This document shows, piece after piece, positions 25,901 through 38,954 of a DNA stretch of 64,000 bases; the first letter of the stretch is position 1, and each line of letters opens with the position of its first letter. Both the position numbers and the translations under genes were made by a program. A model generated the notes under the pieces. That model saw only the letters and a list, made by a program, of their open reading frames with translations. It was not told the origin of the DNA and made no database searches. The DNA is from Camelus ferus (lineage: Eukaryota): NCBI RefSeq assembly GCF_009834535.1, contig NC_045696.1:88662001-88726000 (forward strand). Reading direction: 5' to 3'.

Positions 25901-27073
25901 AGATAACTGAGGGCCTCTGGGTTGCTAGGAGTGTTTTGACTGTGGTCTCCAAGTTTGCATTTTTTTAATGTTACAGACTTCACTTTAAAAAATCACCATT
26001 TTAATATGTGGTATTTTATCTGAAGTTAAAAAAATTCTAATTTACACTTGTCATAAATTAACAAAACACCTGATAAGTGAAATTGTATTCGTGGAAGCAT
26101 CTGGAAAAATAAAAGCCACACAGGTATTGTGTCTAAGAAAGGCAAGTAAATGAACACATTGAGTGACTGTCAAAATTAGCGGAGTATCCTCCTGCTGTGT
26201 AACAATTTGATTTGTGTTTTTAAAGGAAATGACAGTCTGCTCTTTACTTTTCTCCTTAGCAGACCTGTAATTTATAATAAATTAGAAGGACTATTAAAGC
26301 AAGAGGTATTCTTTACGCTAGTGTTTTTTAAAAGCCAATCATCATTTCATTCTATAGCCACTTCCTTCAATCTTTTTTTTTCTTTTACTAATTCCCCAAA
26401 CATGACCTTTTCATTTTTATGTATAGCTTTTCCTGAAAACTAAGACTCATTTAGGAATTTGCAGTGTTATGTTTTGAGAATTCTGTGTGTGTGGTGCATT
26501 TGCGCACATGCACGTTGTCTATAGAAGCAGGGATAAGACTAAAACTCTCTGTGCATCTTCTGTGTAAGACTATCCCTTCTCCAGGACCTAAGCCAAAAGG
26601 GTTGTTCAATATTTCAAGTATGATTATTGACCCTCTGCTATGAACAATTATTTTAGAACATTCTAAATCAAAATCCACCTCTTCTGTTTCACGTCTCCTT
26701 AGCACCTCATTTGATTTTCCAAATAGTCACTTGTGCTAGACTGATAGTTGGTTTCTTTCCAGAAGACATAATTGCATTTTGCTAGCCTTTCAATGCCTGA
26801 ATCAAAAGGATAACTAATGTAAACATTCCATGGGCTTCCAGGCAGCCCTGTAAAAAAAAAACAAACCCATTTTTGACTGCAGGGCAAGGAAGCTTTTATC
26901 AAATCAGAAGCTCCATCCCCTTATTAAGCCGGCCTGGCTCTCCACACGTGTTTTGGGATAGAAGACCTTATTTTCTTTGATGAAATACTGGAAGTAGTTT
27001 TGGAAGCAATTGAAATATTAATAGTAGTAGTTACTATTCCTCATCGTCTTCCTTAGAATCATCATCATTGGTA

Positions 27074-27544
27074 TGAGAGGCAGAATAATGGTCCTCAAAG
27101 ATGGCCAAGTCCTAATCCCTGACACCTGCGTATGTTACTTTACTTAGCAAATGGGACTTTGCAAATGTGATGATGTTAAGGATCTTGAGATGGGAGGATT
27201 ATCCTGGATTATCTGAGTGGACACGATGTCATCACAAGGGTCCTTCTAAGAAGGAAGCAGGAATGTCAGAGGAAGAGTGATGATGGATACAGAAGTCAGA
27301 GTGATGCCATTGCTGGAAAGGGGCCATGAGCCAAGGATGCAGGCAGTCTCTGGAAGCTACAAAAGGAAAGAAGCAAATTCTCCTTTATAGCCTCTAAAAG
27401 GAAGAAAGTCTTGCTAACAACTTGATTAGCCCCCTAAGATCCATTTTCAGAAGTCTGACCTCCAGAACTAGAATAATAAACTCATGAGGCCTTAAACCAC
27501 TAATTTTTGGTAATGTATTACAGCAGAGACAGGGCGGTGATGCA
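27074..27544 (+). mobile_element. MaLR solo LTR (MLT1D-like)
   Basis: 'ggcagaataatggtcctcaaagatg...gtcctaatccctg', 'gagatgggaggattatcctggattatc', 'ctgacctccagaacta'. Confidence 0.88.
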
Positions 27545-28157
27545 ATCATCAGTAGGTACATCAACTCTACGAGGCAGGTGTTATTATCCCCACTTTACAG
27601 AGTAGGAAACTGAAGCTAAAAAGCACGTCAGACAGGAAGGAACACAACCAGCAATAGAATGCAAGACTGTTCAGCATTGATACTCACATTCTAAATACAT
27701 AATTATACTCTAATGCATAAAAGTTCAGTTGGCAGGAGAAAAAGGATGAGTTAATATTTCTTTATGTCAGTCGCTAAGCACCTGATAGGCCAGCTTATCC
27801 CAGTCAGCCACCCCATCTAAATGGTCCAACATCTTGGCTTTTTCATGTCAAAGCTACCAGTATCTTCAGAGTTGTATCCAGCCAAGAGTAGGGAATTACA
27901 CCATATTCTGCCTAGTACATAGTTAGTTCTCGTTTTAATCTTTACTCTATCATTAAAGCTTCCATTGTTATCTCTGGGTTGATGGCATGAGAAGGCTATA
28001 TGATGGAGAAGAAAGAACACAGTTCTTGGAGTCAGCAAATAAACTTTCTATTCCTAGCTGTGCCACAAACAATACACTATGTGACCTTCCACTTTGATTC
28101 AATCTCTTTTCTGGGAAAAAAAAACAAACAACAAAGCCAAATGATGTCTCAAGGACC

Positions 28158-28510
28158 TGCTGTTGACTGAATATTTGTGTTTCTGCCCACCAAATTCATA
28201 TGTTGAAGCCCCAATCCCCAGCGTGTGGGCACTTGGAGGCAGGGCTTCGGGAGATAATTAGGTTGTGATTGTGGTGCCCTCATATGTGAGATTAGAGCCC
28301 TCTAAAGGGTCACAAGAGACCTTGCTTCTTCTCTCACTTTTTCTGCCACGTGAAGCCATGGCAAGAAGGTAGCTCTCTGCAAACCAGGAAGAGAGCACCC
28401 ACCAAACATCCAATCTCCCAGGACTGCCCAGCTTCCAGCACTGTGAGAAATGAATGTTTGCTGCTGAAGCCATCCAAGCCTGTGGCAACTCTGCTACAGT
28501 CAACGACTTT
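28158..28510 (+). mobile_element. MaLR solo LTR (MLT1A-like)
   Basis: 'caaattcatatgttgaagcccc', 'tgcaaaccaggaagagag', 'cactgtgagaaatgaatg'. Confidence 0.85.
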
Positions 28511-29291
28511 ATAACATCTAGACCTATACAGGGACTCCACTCCTTCCACTAAGTGCTATTCCTAAATCTGCAACTTGCTATGCAATGATTCCAGCTGGGT
28601 GTCTTATCACCTCATCCTGAGCCCCTTATCAATCTGCCTCCTTCTGTTAACAATACCACCACTGCCCCAGTCTCTCAGATATCTTTTTACCCAATCCTAT
28701 CGTTCATTCTCTGTATCCTATCATTCAACACATCCAGCTGTCCTCTTCATGTAATTATGGTATATTATTTTCAGGAAGATAAATGTGGCAACAGGATGTT
28801 GAATACAGAATAGACTGGCATCCACCAGGTGAGTTAGGAGTTTGTACCGATTGTGGGAATGAAGAGAAAAGAACACAGTTTAGGAAATGATCTGGAGGAA
28901 GAAACTTGGAAGTGGTAACTAACACTTGCTTCTTTAAACAAGTTTAAACTCCTCAGGCTGGATTTCAAAATCTGAAACTACTACCTTCATATCTAATGTT
29001 ATCTCTGATATTTCCCCATCTGTTGCTTCTGTCATAAATCATCAATGAAACTCACTGAATAAATTAGGCTCACTCATTCCTAAATGATCTCAGCCATCAT
29101 CAGCTTTTATACAAAAACGGCTTCCACACACATTATATACCACATCATCCTCAGAAGAACCCAAACACCTGAAAGATGAGGGACATTTACACAACTGGAT
29201 CGAGGCTACCTGGGCTTCTGCAGCCAAGTTCTCCCCTTTCCAGTTCACTAGCTTCCCACATGAGCCCTCTCACTAATGCCTCCTAATTATT

Positions 29292-29308
29292 CACGTGTCC
29301 CACACGTG
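29292..29308. promoter_or_regulatory. Tandem E-box CACGTG-n5-CACGTG (ChoRE consensus)
   Basis: cacgtg tccca cacgtg read directly; function not shown. Confidence 0.5.
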
Positions 29309-29789
29309 TTCTCTTTTTCTTCATTCTCATGCAGAATTCTTAAAAAGTCATCATCACAAAATGCACATGTTAACCCAGGAGTGGCAAGGCTCAGAATGAT
29401 ATCATTTGTGCATGTGATTCAGGAAGGGATAATTTCTAATATCAAGCAGAGTTGCTTTCTTTTTTATTTGTTTTGTTTTACAGGCCCTAGTGAATACAAC
29501 TGGACCAAGGGTAGATTAGAGGCATGGAAGGTGAAAATAAAGATAAATGAGATAAAAATATACAACTACTACTCCTGACCTTCTGCTGATACTTCTCAGA
29601 CAAAGAAAGTACTTCTCCTGAGAAAATCCAGTTATTATTTGTCTAGCTTCAACTGATCAAAGTAACCTAACTTGCACGTGATACAGGAAGGCAGAGAATC
29701 ACACAGTGTGGAAATGGGAAGGCTGCGGAGGTGAACTAACCCAACTGAACTAGCCTGGACCTTGCCATCTGCATGTGACAGAAGAAAGG

Positions 29790-30230
29790 ACAACTCAAAC
29801 GCTTAAAAACAACAACAAAAGCCTTTATTGGTCAAATACCTGAAAAGGCAAGTAGGTCTAGGGATCTACCGGACCCCTTTCCTCTGTGCAGGCACCACCT
29901 CTAGCGCCCCTCACATGGAAGCTCCCCACAGTTCTAGCTTTCCAGTCTCCTCAACTTAGGAACCTTATTGAAAAGTAAGCTTCTTCTCAACAGTTCCAGA
30001 CAAAGCCCAGAAGTGGGTTCTGAGTCATCCAGCTTGGACCGCCTGTCGACTCAACCCATCCACCATGGCCAGAGAAGGCAGCGATTAATTGACTGGGCCG
30101 GGTCACATGCACATCTCTTAGGGATTGGACTGGATTGGAGTCATCTTTGTGAGGACCAAATCTGGGAAAGCAGCAACTCCCTAAGAATAGTGAGGAATGG
30201 AAGCTAAGCAGAAAAAACAAATGTCTACCA
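29790..30230 (-). mobile_element. Old MaLR LTR (MLT1J/K/L-like)
   Basis: 'aactcaaacgcttaaa...tttattggtc', 'tgactgggccgggtcacatgc'. Confidence 0.55.
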
Positions 30231-31019
30231 TACCAACCCCTTATTATAGACGGGAAACTAAAGCTCCCACGGTCAGAGAGAATTACACCTCACTCAGTAA
30301 TGCATTCAGAATTTAAACAGATAAATTAATACCACCCACACAGACAAGGTTGGATTTTATTTACCTGTGCTTCATTATTTAGCAAACACTCTCTTAAGCC
30401 TGTATTGTTACTCAAAATATAACTAATGTGAAATAAAGGGAGAGAGCCCCCTTTAAGGGTAATGTATTTCCTTTCATTATAAAAACAAACATAAAAATAA
30501 AGAGAGAAGACTCTACTATGAATCATTACACTTGAAGCTGCTTTGAAAGTTATTTGCCCTAAAATGGAGGCACGGTTCTTCTTAACTGTATATATGTGTA
30601 CGTGTGTTTATACCTTTATAACTGGCTCCATATTCTATAAATAGTTGACACTATATAACATAATTTACTTTCCTTTTAGGACTGTAGGTTCTGCCATTTC
30701 TCATACCGACTGCAACACCCTAAATGCTCCAACAATAATGAGACACATTCTTTTTCACTCTGTTAGCACTTAAAGGCAAAGCCAGGGTATTGGAGAGGGC
30801 TACCAGAAGAGTCCGGAAAAGGAGCAGACGCAGGAAAAGGCTTATGCACCTAAAATGAGGAAACTTGGAGCAGAAAAGAATAAGCAAGCAATATGTACCC
30901 GAGTATCTGAAAGAAAGTTTGAGGGATAAGGAGAAAAGATCCACAGAAGAAAATAATCAGTTGGGGAACGTGGGCTTGAGAGTTTAAGCCACTAGGGGGA
31001 CTTTGTCTAAGCACTATAA

Positions 31020-31190
31020 TAGCATTTATTATTTTAGGCTGTAATTATTTGTTTATATGCCTGCCTCTCCCACAAGCCTGTATCCTCCTTTAAGAGCAAG
31101 GATCATGCCTTGCATTGCTGTATTCACAGGACTGGCATAGAGCAGACACTCAATATGAAAGAATGAATAAACAGAATATAAATGAATGAA
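31020..31190 (+). mobile_element. L2 3' end relic
   Basis: 'tgcctgcctctcccac...agagcaaggatcatg...ggcatagagcagacactcaata...gaatgaat'. Confidence 0.75.
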
Positions 31191-33126
31191 GTCTACACAA
31201 AAAAAGGACTGTTATACATATGAAGTTCAGAAAACAATATGGTCCCAGTTGCAAGACAAAAGACAAGGGATGACTGAGTTTTTGCATTATATTTTTAAGG
31301 CAGCCACTTTAATTATATCACTGAGTTATAGACTCTATCTAACCCTGATGATCCAACCAGAAACACAACCAAAACAATTTTAGTTGTATATCAAAGTAGG
31401 AATTCTGTTTTGTTTTTTTTTTTAATTCAAAACCTGTGATTTTACTGATAACGGTTTAAGTCCCAAGGACTGTTAAGGGGAAAGATGAAATGTGTTGAAT
31501 TTTATGAAAAGTACATTTAAGAGTTATGATAGTATAATTTTCAGGGTCCTCACTGTCAGAATTTTAAAGAATGTAATTAGAAAGAAGAAACCATGACCTT
31601 TTGGAAGCAAAATTTCCATATTTTGTTTGGAAAGAAAAGGCATTTTTTAAAAAAAAAAAAAAGTGAAACACCAAGAATATTGATCTCTTTTTTTTTTTAA
31701 GTGGTAGAAACTTTCAAAATTCAAAATTCAGGGTTTTTTGGTTTGTTACTTTTGGCCAAAAAAAGGTTGAAAATTTAGCATCAAACAGCAAAATACACTT
31801 TCAGAAAGGAGTTTCAGAAATTTATTTAAAATTAAAGAAAGGAAAATACTACTGAACAATTAACCACAAAAATAATCTAAGTAAATCCACTATCATCTAA
31901 GAGAAAGTAGAGAGAAAGAGATTATACAAGAGGGAGAGAAAAAGAAGAAAATCCACATTTCGAAGCCTGATATTCAAGGCTTCTCATGATTAAGATTATC
32001 TTTCACTGCTCCCTACAAATGCCCTCAGTGGTACCCAGACAGGTATATCCTAAAAACACGGTATCTTGTACATTTACCCCTGCACAGAAAGACTGGGAAA
32101 ACACGCCCCCCCATGCCCACCCCCACCCCAGCCAAGAGTCTAAGGTCAGACCCTAGAGATACACCAATTGGCTCTGGCTCCTTCAACATGAGTTCTCTGA
32201 ATTTCAGGTAAACATGAGTAACAGGACAACTGTTCCCCAGAACCAGTCTTCCTTTTTAAACTAACTGAACCACATAATCAGTGTCAAGACATCTATTTGG
32301 TTTACACATCTCAGACATTTCTACAGTCTGAAAGAAAGATCTCGCTAAATAACTTGGCACTGCCTGCCTAGCACGCCAAGACCACCTAAAAATTCAGTAA
32401 AACTTACTAGTTGGGTATATACTGACTTGACACTGCTGCCAGCAACTGATGTATGTGGATTCGTAATTATAAATACCTGTATGTATAGGGAAAGTCCAGG
32501 CATAGGCAGAGAGAGGTTAATTAAGGTTTGACATGATGTGCTCTCTTCTTTCTGAGTACTATAAAAAGGAGAAACATTTTGTTGGCATCTGTCAAAAATG
32601 AATTAAACTGAAAACAAATCCAGTGCAAACTATCTTTTGTTTCACAGATACTCTGTATCAAAATACTCCTGCTAACTTGCTCATAATGCATATGCCTTAT
32701 AGATTATTTCATTGACAAAATTTCAACCCCAAATAAATTATTTTCAGCACCCATTCAGCATAGCCCAGATGTACCCTTTATCACTCAAACTTTCCAGGTG
32801 TATAAATGATGGTAAAATGACTTTTTAGTATTTTAATGATTTTAATATTTTTATACCTATATAGTTGACCAAGATCAAATATAAATGCTCCTAGGATTAT
32901 CTTCCCTTTCATATTTTCTATTTTTTATTTCACTAATGTGCTCTATAGCATGAATAATTAAATCTAAGTTGATCACTGGGAAAGGTAAAAAGTTCCTATT
33001 TTCATCTTTATCTAGATTGACTCAAAATTTTAGGAAGATTATGATGATGTCTTCTTAATTTAGGTAGACTAGGTAGACTGCACATTCTAAATCTTACACA
33101 CCAGTAAGAAAGAACAAGGTACATTC

Positions 33127-33508
33127 TGTCTGAATATCAATGTCCTAACCCCTGGAACATGTGACCATTACACCTTGCATGAAAAAGGTGTGATGACAGA
33201 TTTTGAGAAGAGTTTTCCCTGGATTATTAGGGTGAGCCCTAAATGCAATCAGAGGGAATTTTCTGAGGAGCTGATGTAATCACGGAGGCAGAGACTGGAG
33301 TGCTGTTGCCACAAGCCAAAGAATGCCAGCAGCTCGCTGAAAAGGCAAGGGGTGGGTATATCCCTAGGGCCTTCATAGGGAGCGCAGCCTTGCCAGCACC
33401 TTGACTTCAGACCTCTGGCCTCCAGAACTTAGAGAGAAGGAATTCCTATTGTTTTAAGCCATCAAGTTTGTGATACTTTGGTAACAGCAGCTACAGGAAA
33501 CTAATACA
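33127..33508 (+). mobile_element. MaLR LTR (MLT1C/D-like)
   Basis: 'gtcctaacccctggaac', 'gccacaagccaaagaatgcc', 'gcagctacaggaaactaataca'. Confidence 0.85.
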
Positions 33509-34713
33509 GCACCCTAAAGAATATATTTTCAGTTAACTGGGGAAATGACACTGGTTTTGGCACACCCCAAAGAAAACAGAATATAGACACCACTGTATTA
33601 TCAACATAAATTTCACAGTAAACCACCTGAAGTACCTAATTATCCACAGAATACAATTGGAAAAATGATGATTAATTGCCCACAAAACACAACTGGAAAA
33701 GTACAATATTAAAATAGTAGTTGCCGACTGACAGTGAAAAGTTGGGACCCTTCCAACTAGTTTGTTCCAATGAGATGAGCTGGGTTTTACCGCATAAGGG
33801 TCTGACTTTTTGCATTCAGGTCATATGCTTCGTTGGATGAATAAGGTCAAGATAAGACTATCAACCCACTGTATCCTGAATCAACAGATTATTCAAATGT
33901 AAGGATTTTATCTGAGGAAAAAAATAATAAGACAAAAATTGAGGAAAGCTCTCTCACTGGAATTCCTTGTCATTGAACTGCATCTCTGTCAGGAGTTAAC
34001 TTGCTTCATCAAAACAGAGTATGCTTTTAAAGAATAAATATTTTCCTTAATCTCCTTGCGGGAAGAATACACAATTTTTAATTTTTATTTTTTTGGTAAG
34101 ACAGAAGACTGCACAAGAAAAATTTAGTTGTCCTATCTGTCCTTGATTGTCCTGAATGCTCAGATGCCCCAGCTTCTCTAGCTCCTGATACTGCCATAAA
34201 TCTTACTTCTCAAGATGGCTTCTTATCAACAATTTCCTTCTGAGGAGGGATAATAGCCAGCATCTTCCTTTATGAAACACTTGTCATGAACATTAAACTC
34301 ACAGAGTTTAATACATCCTAACTAATCTTCATTTGCCCTAAAGATTAAAGCTGAATTTCACTTGATGGTTCAGAAAATGCTCATCTATAAAACAGATTAC
34401 AGGACCTTTTTTTTTCATCAGAGAGTTCTAATTATCCATCCCTTCAGGGGGAAAAAATTGACACGATGTCAAAAACAACAATGAAATCACTGCTTTCTAT
34501 GAAGAGCAAAGCCAGGGCTTAGGAAGAGACTAGAAGGTCTTGGCTCGGAGAACACAGGCTCCGGCAAGCCTCACCCTAAGGAATGATGGCAGACTGACCT
34601 TTCCCTCTAGCTAACGAATGTCCTACTAAGCACCCTCCCCAAAATATTCTCTTTATAAAAAGTCTTGTTTTCTAAAATTTAGCTCTTTTCCTCCCCTATC
34701 AAAGCTTCAAGTT

Positions 34714-35104
34714 CTAGAGCTAGAAAATATTATACTTAGTGAAGTAAGGCAGAGAAAGACAAATACTATATGATATTATTACATGTGGAATCTAAAAAAT
34801 AATATAAATGAATCTATATACAAAACAGAAACGGATTCACAGAAAACAAACTTATGGTTACCAAAGGGGAGGAGGGGCAGGGACAAATTAGGAGTATGGG
34901 ACTAACAGATGCAAACTACTATACATAGAACAGATGAGCAACAAGGATTTACTGTACAGCACAGGGAATTATATTCACTATCTTGTAATAACCTGTGATA
35001 GAATATAATTAGAAAAAAATAACTGAATCAGTGTGCTGTATACCTGAAACTAACACAATACTGTAACTCAACTATATTTTTAATTTTAAAAAGTTTTTTT
35101 TAAA
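34714..35104 (+). mobile_element. 5'-truncated artiodactyl-type L1 3' UTR with TSD
   Basis: 'aacaaggatttactgtacagcacagggaa', 'acctgaaactaacacaa'; TSD aaagcttca(a/g)gtt at 34701-34713 and 35105-35117. Confidence 0.9.
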
Positions 35105-36589
35105 AAAGCTTCAGGTTAGATGCTCAATAAATGATTTCAATAGTTTAATACACTTCTTCTCAAAGATGAAGTATTTACCTCTTCCAGGAATATCTACTTT
35201 CCTAAAAGGAATAGTTTGCCTCTACTTGGAAAGCATTGTTCTGAATCAAATTACGCCTGCCAAGGAGCCACGGAATCTACTGTCAGAGGTAATTTACTTC
35301 TTAAAAACAAAACAGCATTTGAATTGCCTATTTTCACACAGGTTAGCCTCAAGTTTGGACACAGCCCTCAGCTTTGTGAAGAAAAGAATAGAGTCACTGC
35401 TTCGATGCCTTTTTTTCACCCTAGATGGTAGACAATCAAAACTACATCTACTTAAGTAAACACAGATTAATCAGAAGCAAGTACCATCTTTAATTTTTAA
35501 TCATCTCTGGTGACAGGAACCATACCTCGATTTTCTCAACGAGATTCCTTTACCCCACTCTGCTATTAGAAAAAAAAAAAAAGCTGCATAAAATTAAGTG
35601 AAATTTAACAGCTATCAGGTCTTACAGCTGTGTAATATTTTAAATCCTTTGTGACAGTAGGAGGAGAATAAAAGCAAATGTGCAAAATGACATACTGACA
35701 AGGAGGTCTCCTTATGAATGGGCACTGGAAGGATACAGGAATGAGTGGAGAAAGAAATTATTCTCTGACGAGTATGGGAGAGGACAGAGAAGGAACAACA
35801 GTAATGACAAAAAAGCAACCTTCCTTAAAGTGAAGTAAGCTCCCTCCTCCCATGGGTTTAGCAGTGAAGCTAAGACACGGAGCTACAGACTGATGGCCGG
35901 CCAGCTAAGCAGACCTGCTCCCTGAAGAGTCCAGAAAAAACTGAAACTGTCCTCAGTTCCAGCCCAAGCTCTAGGCTGGGCTTAGAGATTGTAAGCCTCC
36001 TGGACATCCCAGAGGCCTCTGCCTGCCACTCAAATACAGGGTACACTGAATGTGAGAGAAGATCTGGAGAACATTCCCTGTTGGAGATGCCGTGAGGCTC
36101 TGAAAAAAACTCAAGTCTTTCTCAGGCAGCCCAGGGAATTCTAGGGTGGTCCAGGCCAGGCAGTAAATCAAGACAGAGTGCATGGATAGGTGAGGAGAAA
36201 AAATAATGAGGGATTCCAGAAATATCAGGGCCAGAAAATAACACAGATATTTGTGTTTAACATCTGCCCCTATAACTGGTAAGTCTGGAATTCCTAACCT
36301 GAGGTAAAAATGAAGTCACTGGGCTGGACGTTGTCCATTCCTCTACTCCCCACGTGCACTCTCCACTCTGCAGCAGTACTGGAGTGAGACAGCAGTAGTT
36401 TTGGAATTATAAAATTAATTTGTAAAATAGCTGGGGCCAAAACTGAATGGTCTTCATGGCTAATGTGAAGGGGATAAGTGGGGAAGAAGGATCTTGAGTA
36501 GATGGTGCTTTCAACATACGAGAGAGAGAGAGAGATAAAGAAAGAGAGAGAGAGAGAATAGAGAATAGAGAAGAATTAATTCTGCAGGA

Positions 36590-37090
36590 AAGAAGGGGAA
36601 TTTCATTTTAGACATGTAGAACTTGTGAAGCTTTGGACTATCCTGGTGGCAATACTGAGGAGACAAGCGCAGTGGTTAGAAGGATGTTCACTCAAGACCC
36701 CAGTCTGGGGCATACGGCCAGAGAACAGAAAGAGAGAGAGTAGCTGGGATGCCCCAGTGCATGTACAAAAGGGCAGGAGCCCAAGATACAACTTGGGGAC
36801 ACCAACAAAAACTGAAGATGCAGTCAGAGAAACAGGAGCCTGTGGGGATGTGACGGCTGACAAGAGGAGATGGGGAACAGCACACTGATCCAGAAAGAAG
36901 AGAGTGAAGAGCTTCGTAAGTGGAGTAGCTATAATAGAGTCAAGTGTAGCAGACAGCTCCAAAAAGACAGCAATGGGGGGAAAGGCACACTGGGTTTGGA
37001 AACTGGGTCAATGTTGACCCAGCAAGAGCAATTTCAGTACACTGTCGGGGGCCAGAAGCCTAAACACAGTGCACTGAAAAGGGAATAAGA
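36590..37090 (-). mobile_element. L2 relic
   Basis: 'tcattttagacatgtag', purine-rich decayed L2-like body, 'ggggccagaagcc'. Confidence 0.55.
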
Positions 37091-37428
37091 TGTACAAAAA
37101 CACCATTTATCCTGAAGTTTTTAAAAAATCTACCAAGTCCCCCCAAAACAGACTTATCTGCACTACTATACTCCCCAAACTACTGTCATCCAGAATTCAT
37201 CAATTCATGAAAATATTTATTAAATATCTACTATGTATCAGAACATGATGAACCAGGATATAAAACTAACACAATACTGTATTAACTCACAATCGTGACT
37301 TCTGACTGTGAGAATCAAGAGGGAGTTTTAAAGAGGAAATAACTAAATCATATACTTTAAAAGGGTAAATTTAATGGTATGTGAATTATAAAACTGTATG
37401 CCAATAAATAAAATTCTTCTATTAAAAA

Positions 37429-37562
37429 ATTTTTTTTAATTATTTTTTTGGCTGGGGGAGATAATTAGGTTTATTTATTTTTAGAGGAGTTATATGGGGA
37501 TTGAACCCAGGACCTCATACATGCTAAGCATGTATTCTACCACTTGAGCTATACCCTCCCCC
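37429..37562 (-). mobile_element. Camelid Vic-1-type SINE (antisense)
   Basis: Reverse complement reads ggggagggtatagctcaagtggtag...gggttcaatcccc...aaataaataaacctaattatctccccc plus an A-rich tail. Confidence 0.9.
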
Positions 37563-38555
37563 AAGAAAAACCTCTTTAAAAGAGCACAGCAAAAGCCCTA
37601 TCTACACTGTCAATGTCAATGTCAAACATACTCTATAACTAACCTACTGATTTCACTGATAACTCACCTACAGTTACATGGTAATTCTTAGTTATCCAGC
37701 TACTCCAGATAACAGGAGGCTGTAGTTTGAAAAGCTTATCTTACATGTTATAATCGTTATATATCTTTCAAATTGAGCAACCCAATGATCCCAATTTTAA
37801 AGGAACACAAGAGGTAGTATCTAATGCATGACTGTAAAACTTAAGAGATGATGGGTAATTTAAAACAAATACAAGTATCTGCAGAGGTTTCCCAAGACAA
37901 AAAGGCCAGACTTCCATAAAACAGAAATTTGTCTTAAAGCAAAATAACTGAGAAAAAAAGAGGCAACAAAACCACATGGAAAATTTATATTCTATTAATG
38001 AGGTGTAACTCTACCGTATGTCCACCAGCTGTTCACAAACAACCTAATTAAGGACATGGATGTACCAAGTTCCAGACAAAAAGACTTACAATATGAAAAG
38101 CCAACTCTTTTTTTTTTTTTTAAATAGTAGTTCATTATTTTAGCCTGAACACCTTACAACTTTAAAAATAACATGTGTTTTCATCTTTAAGGAGAAACCT
38201 CCTGTCCACATTCTTTACTGGGAGATAACCTTATCAAATACTATTCCATTTGTAAGTGTTTTAAGTGGTATTTATAGATAAATGGACCTTTATAACGAGA
38301 AATTGGGATTTCTAATTTTACTCCTTATTTTTTTATTTTGACAAGAAGTATTACCTTCCTTTTGCAGATGGAAAAACTGAGGTGGTTCACCTTCTTCTTA
38401 GTCTCTTGAAACCTTTACTTCCTATTTATTTTTCTTTTTTAAAGGCTAATAAGTTGAAGATTCCATCTGATGTACTTCCTTCTCAGCAGAAAATCCAGCT
38501 TGAAGTCTAACTGTATATGAGACAGTTAAATTTTAACCTAAAAATTGTATTTGAG

Positions 38556-38658
38556 CTCAACAAATGGTACTGGCACAACTGGACATACCTTTTACAAAAA
38601 TTAACTCGAATGGATCACAGGCTTAAATATAAATGAAAAATTATAAAACTTATATAAA
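38556..38658 (+). mobile_element. Old L1 ORF2 fragment (host of a nested L1)
   Basis: 'tcaacaaatggtactggcacaactggaca...acaaaaattaactc'. Confidence 0.75.
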
Positions 38659-38673
38659 AAAGCATAAGAAATA

Positions 38674-38939
38674 CAATGACTAAGTTCTAGGGATCTAAAG
38701 CACAGCATGGCAACCATGGTTAACAATACTGTATTACTTGAAAGTTGCTAAGAGAGTTGATCTTAAATGTTACCACAACAAAGAAAAATAGTAATTATAT
38801 GAGGTGATAGAGGTATTAACTAACCTTACTGTGGTAATCATTTCACAATATATATGTGTATCAAATCATCATGCTGTACAGCTTAAACTCATACAATGTT
38901 ATATGTCAGTTATATCTCAATAAAGCTGGAAAAAATTTT
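38674..38939 (+). mobile_element. Nested L1MA-type 3' end with TSD
   Basis: 'acttgaaagttgctaagagag...ttatatctcaataaagctggaaaaaa'; TSD aaagcat(a/t)agaaata at 38659-38673 and 38940-38954. Confidence 0.88.
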
Positions 38940-38954
38940 AAAGCATTAGAAATA

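Noticed and set aside
36603..37088. Cluster of four overlapping ORFs
   Set aside because: It lies in a higher-GC L2-like relic with no coherent protein.
4894..37562. Two inverted SINE copies as a dsRNA pair
   Set aside because: They are about 32 kb apart and diverged, so pairing is unlikely.
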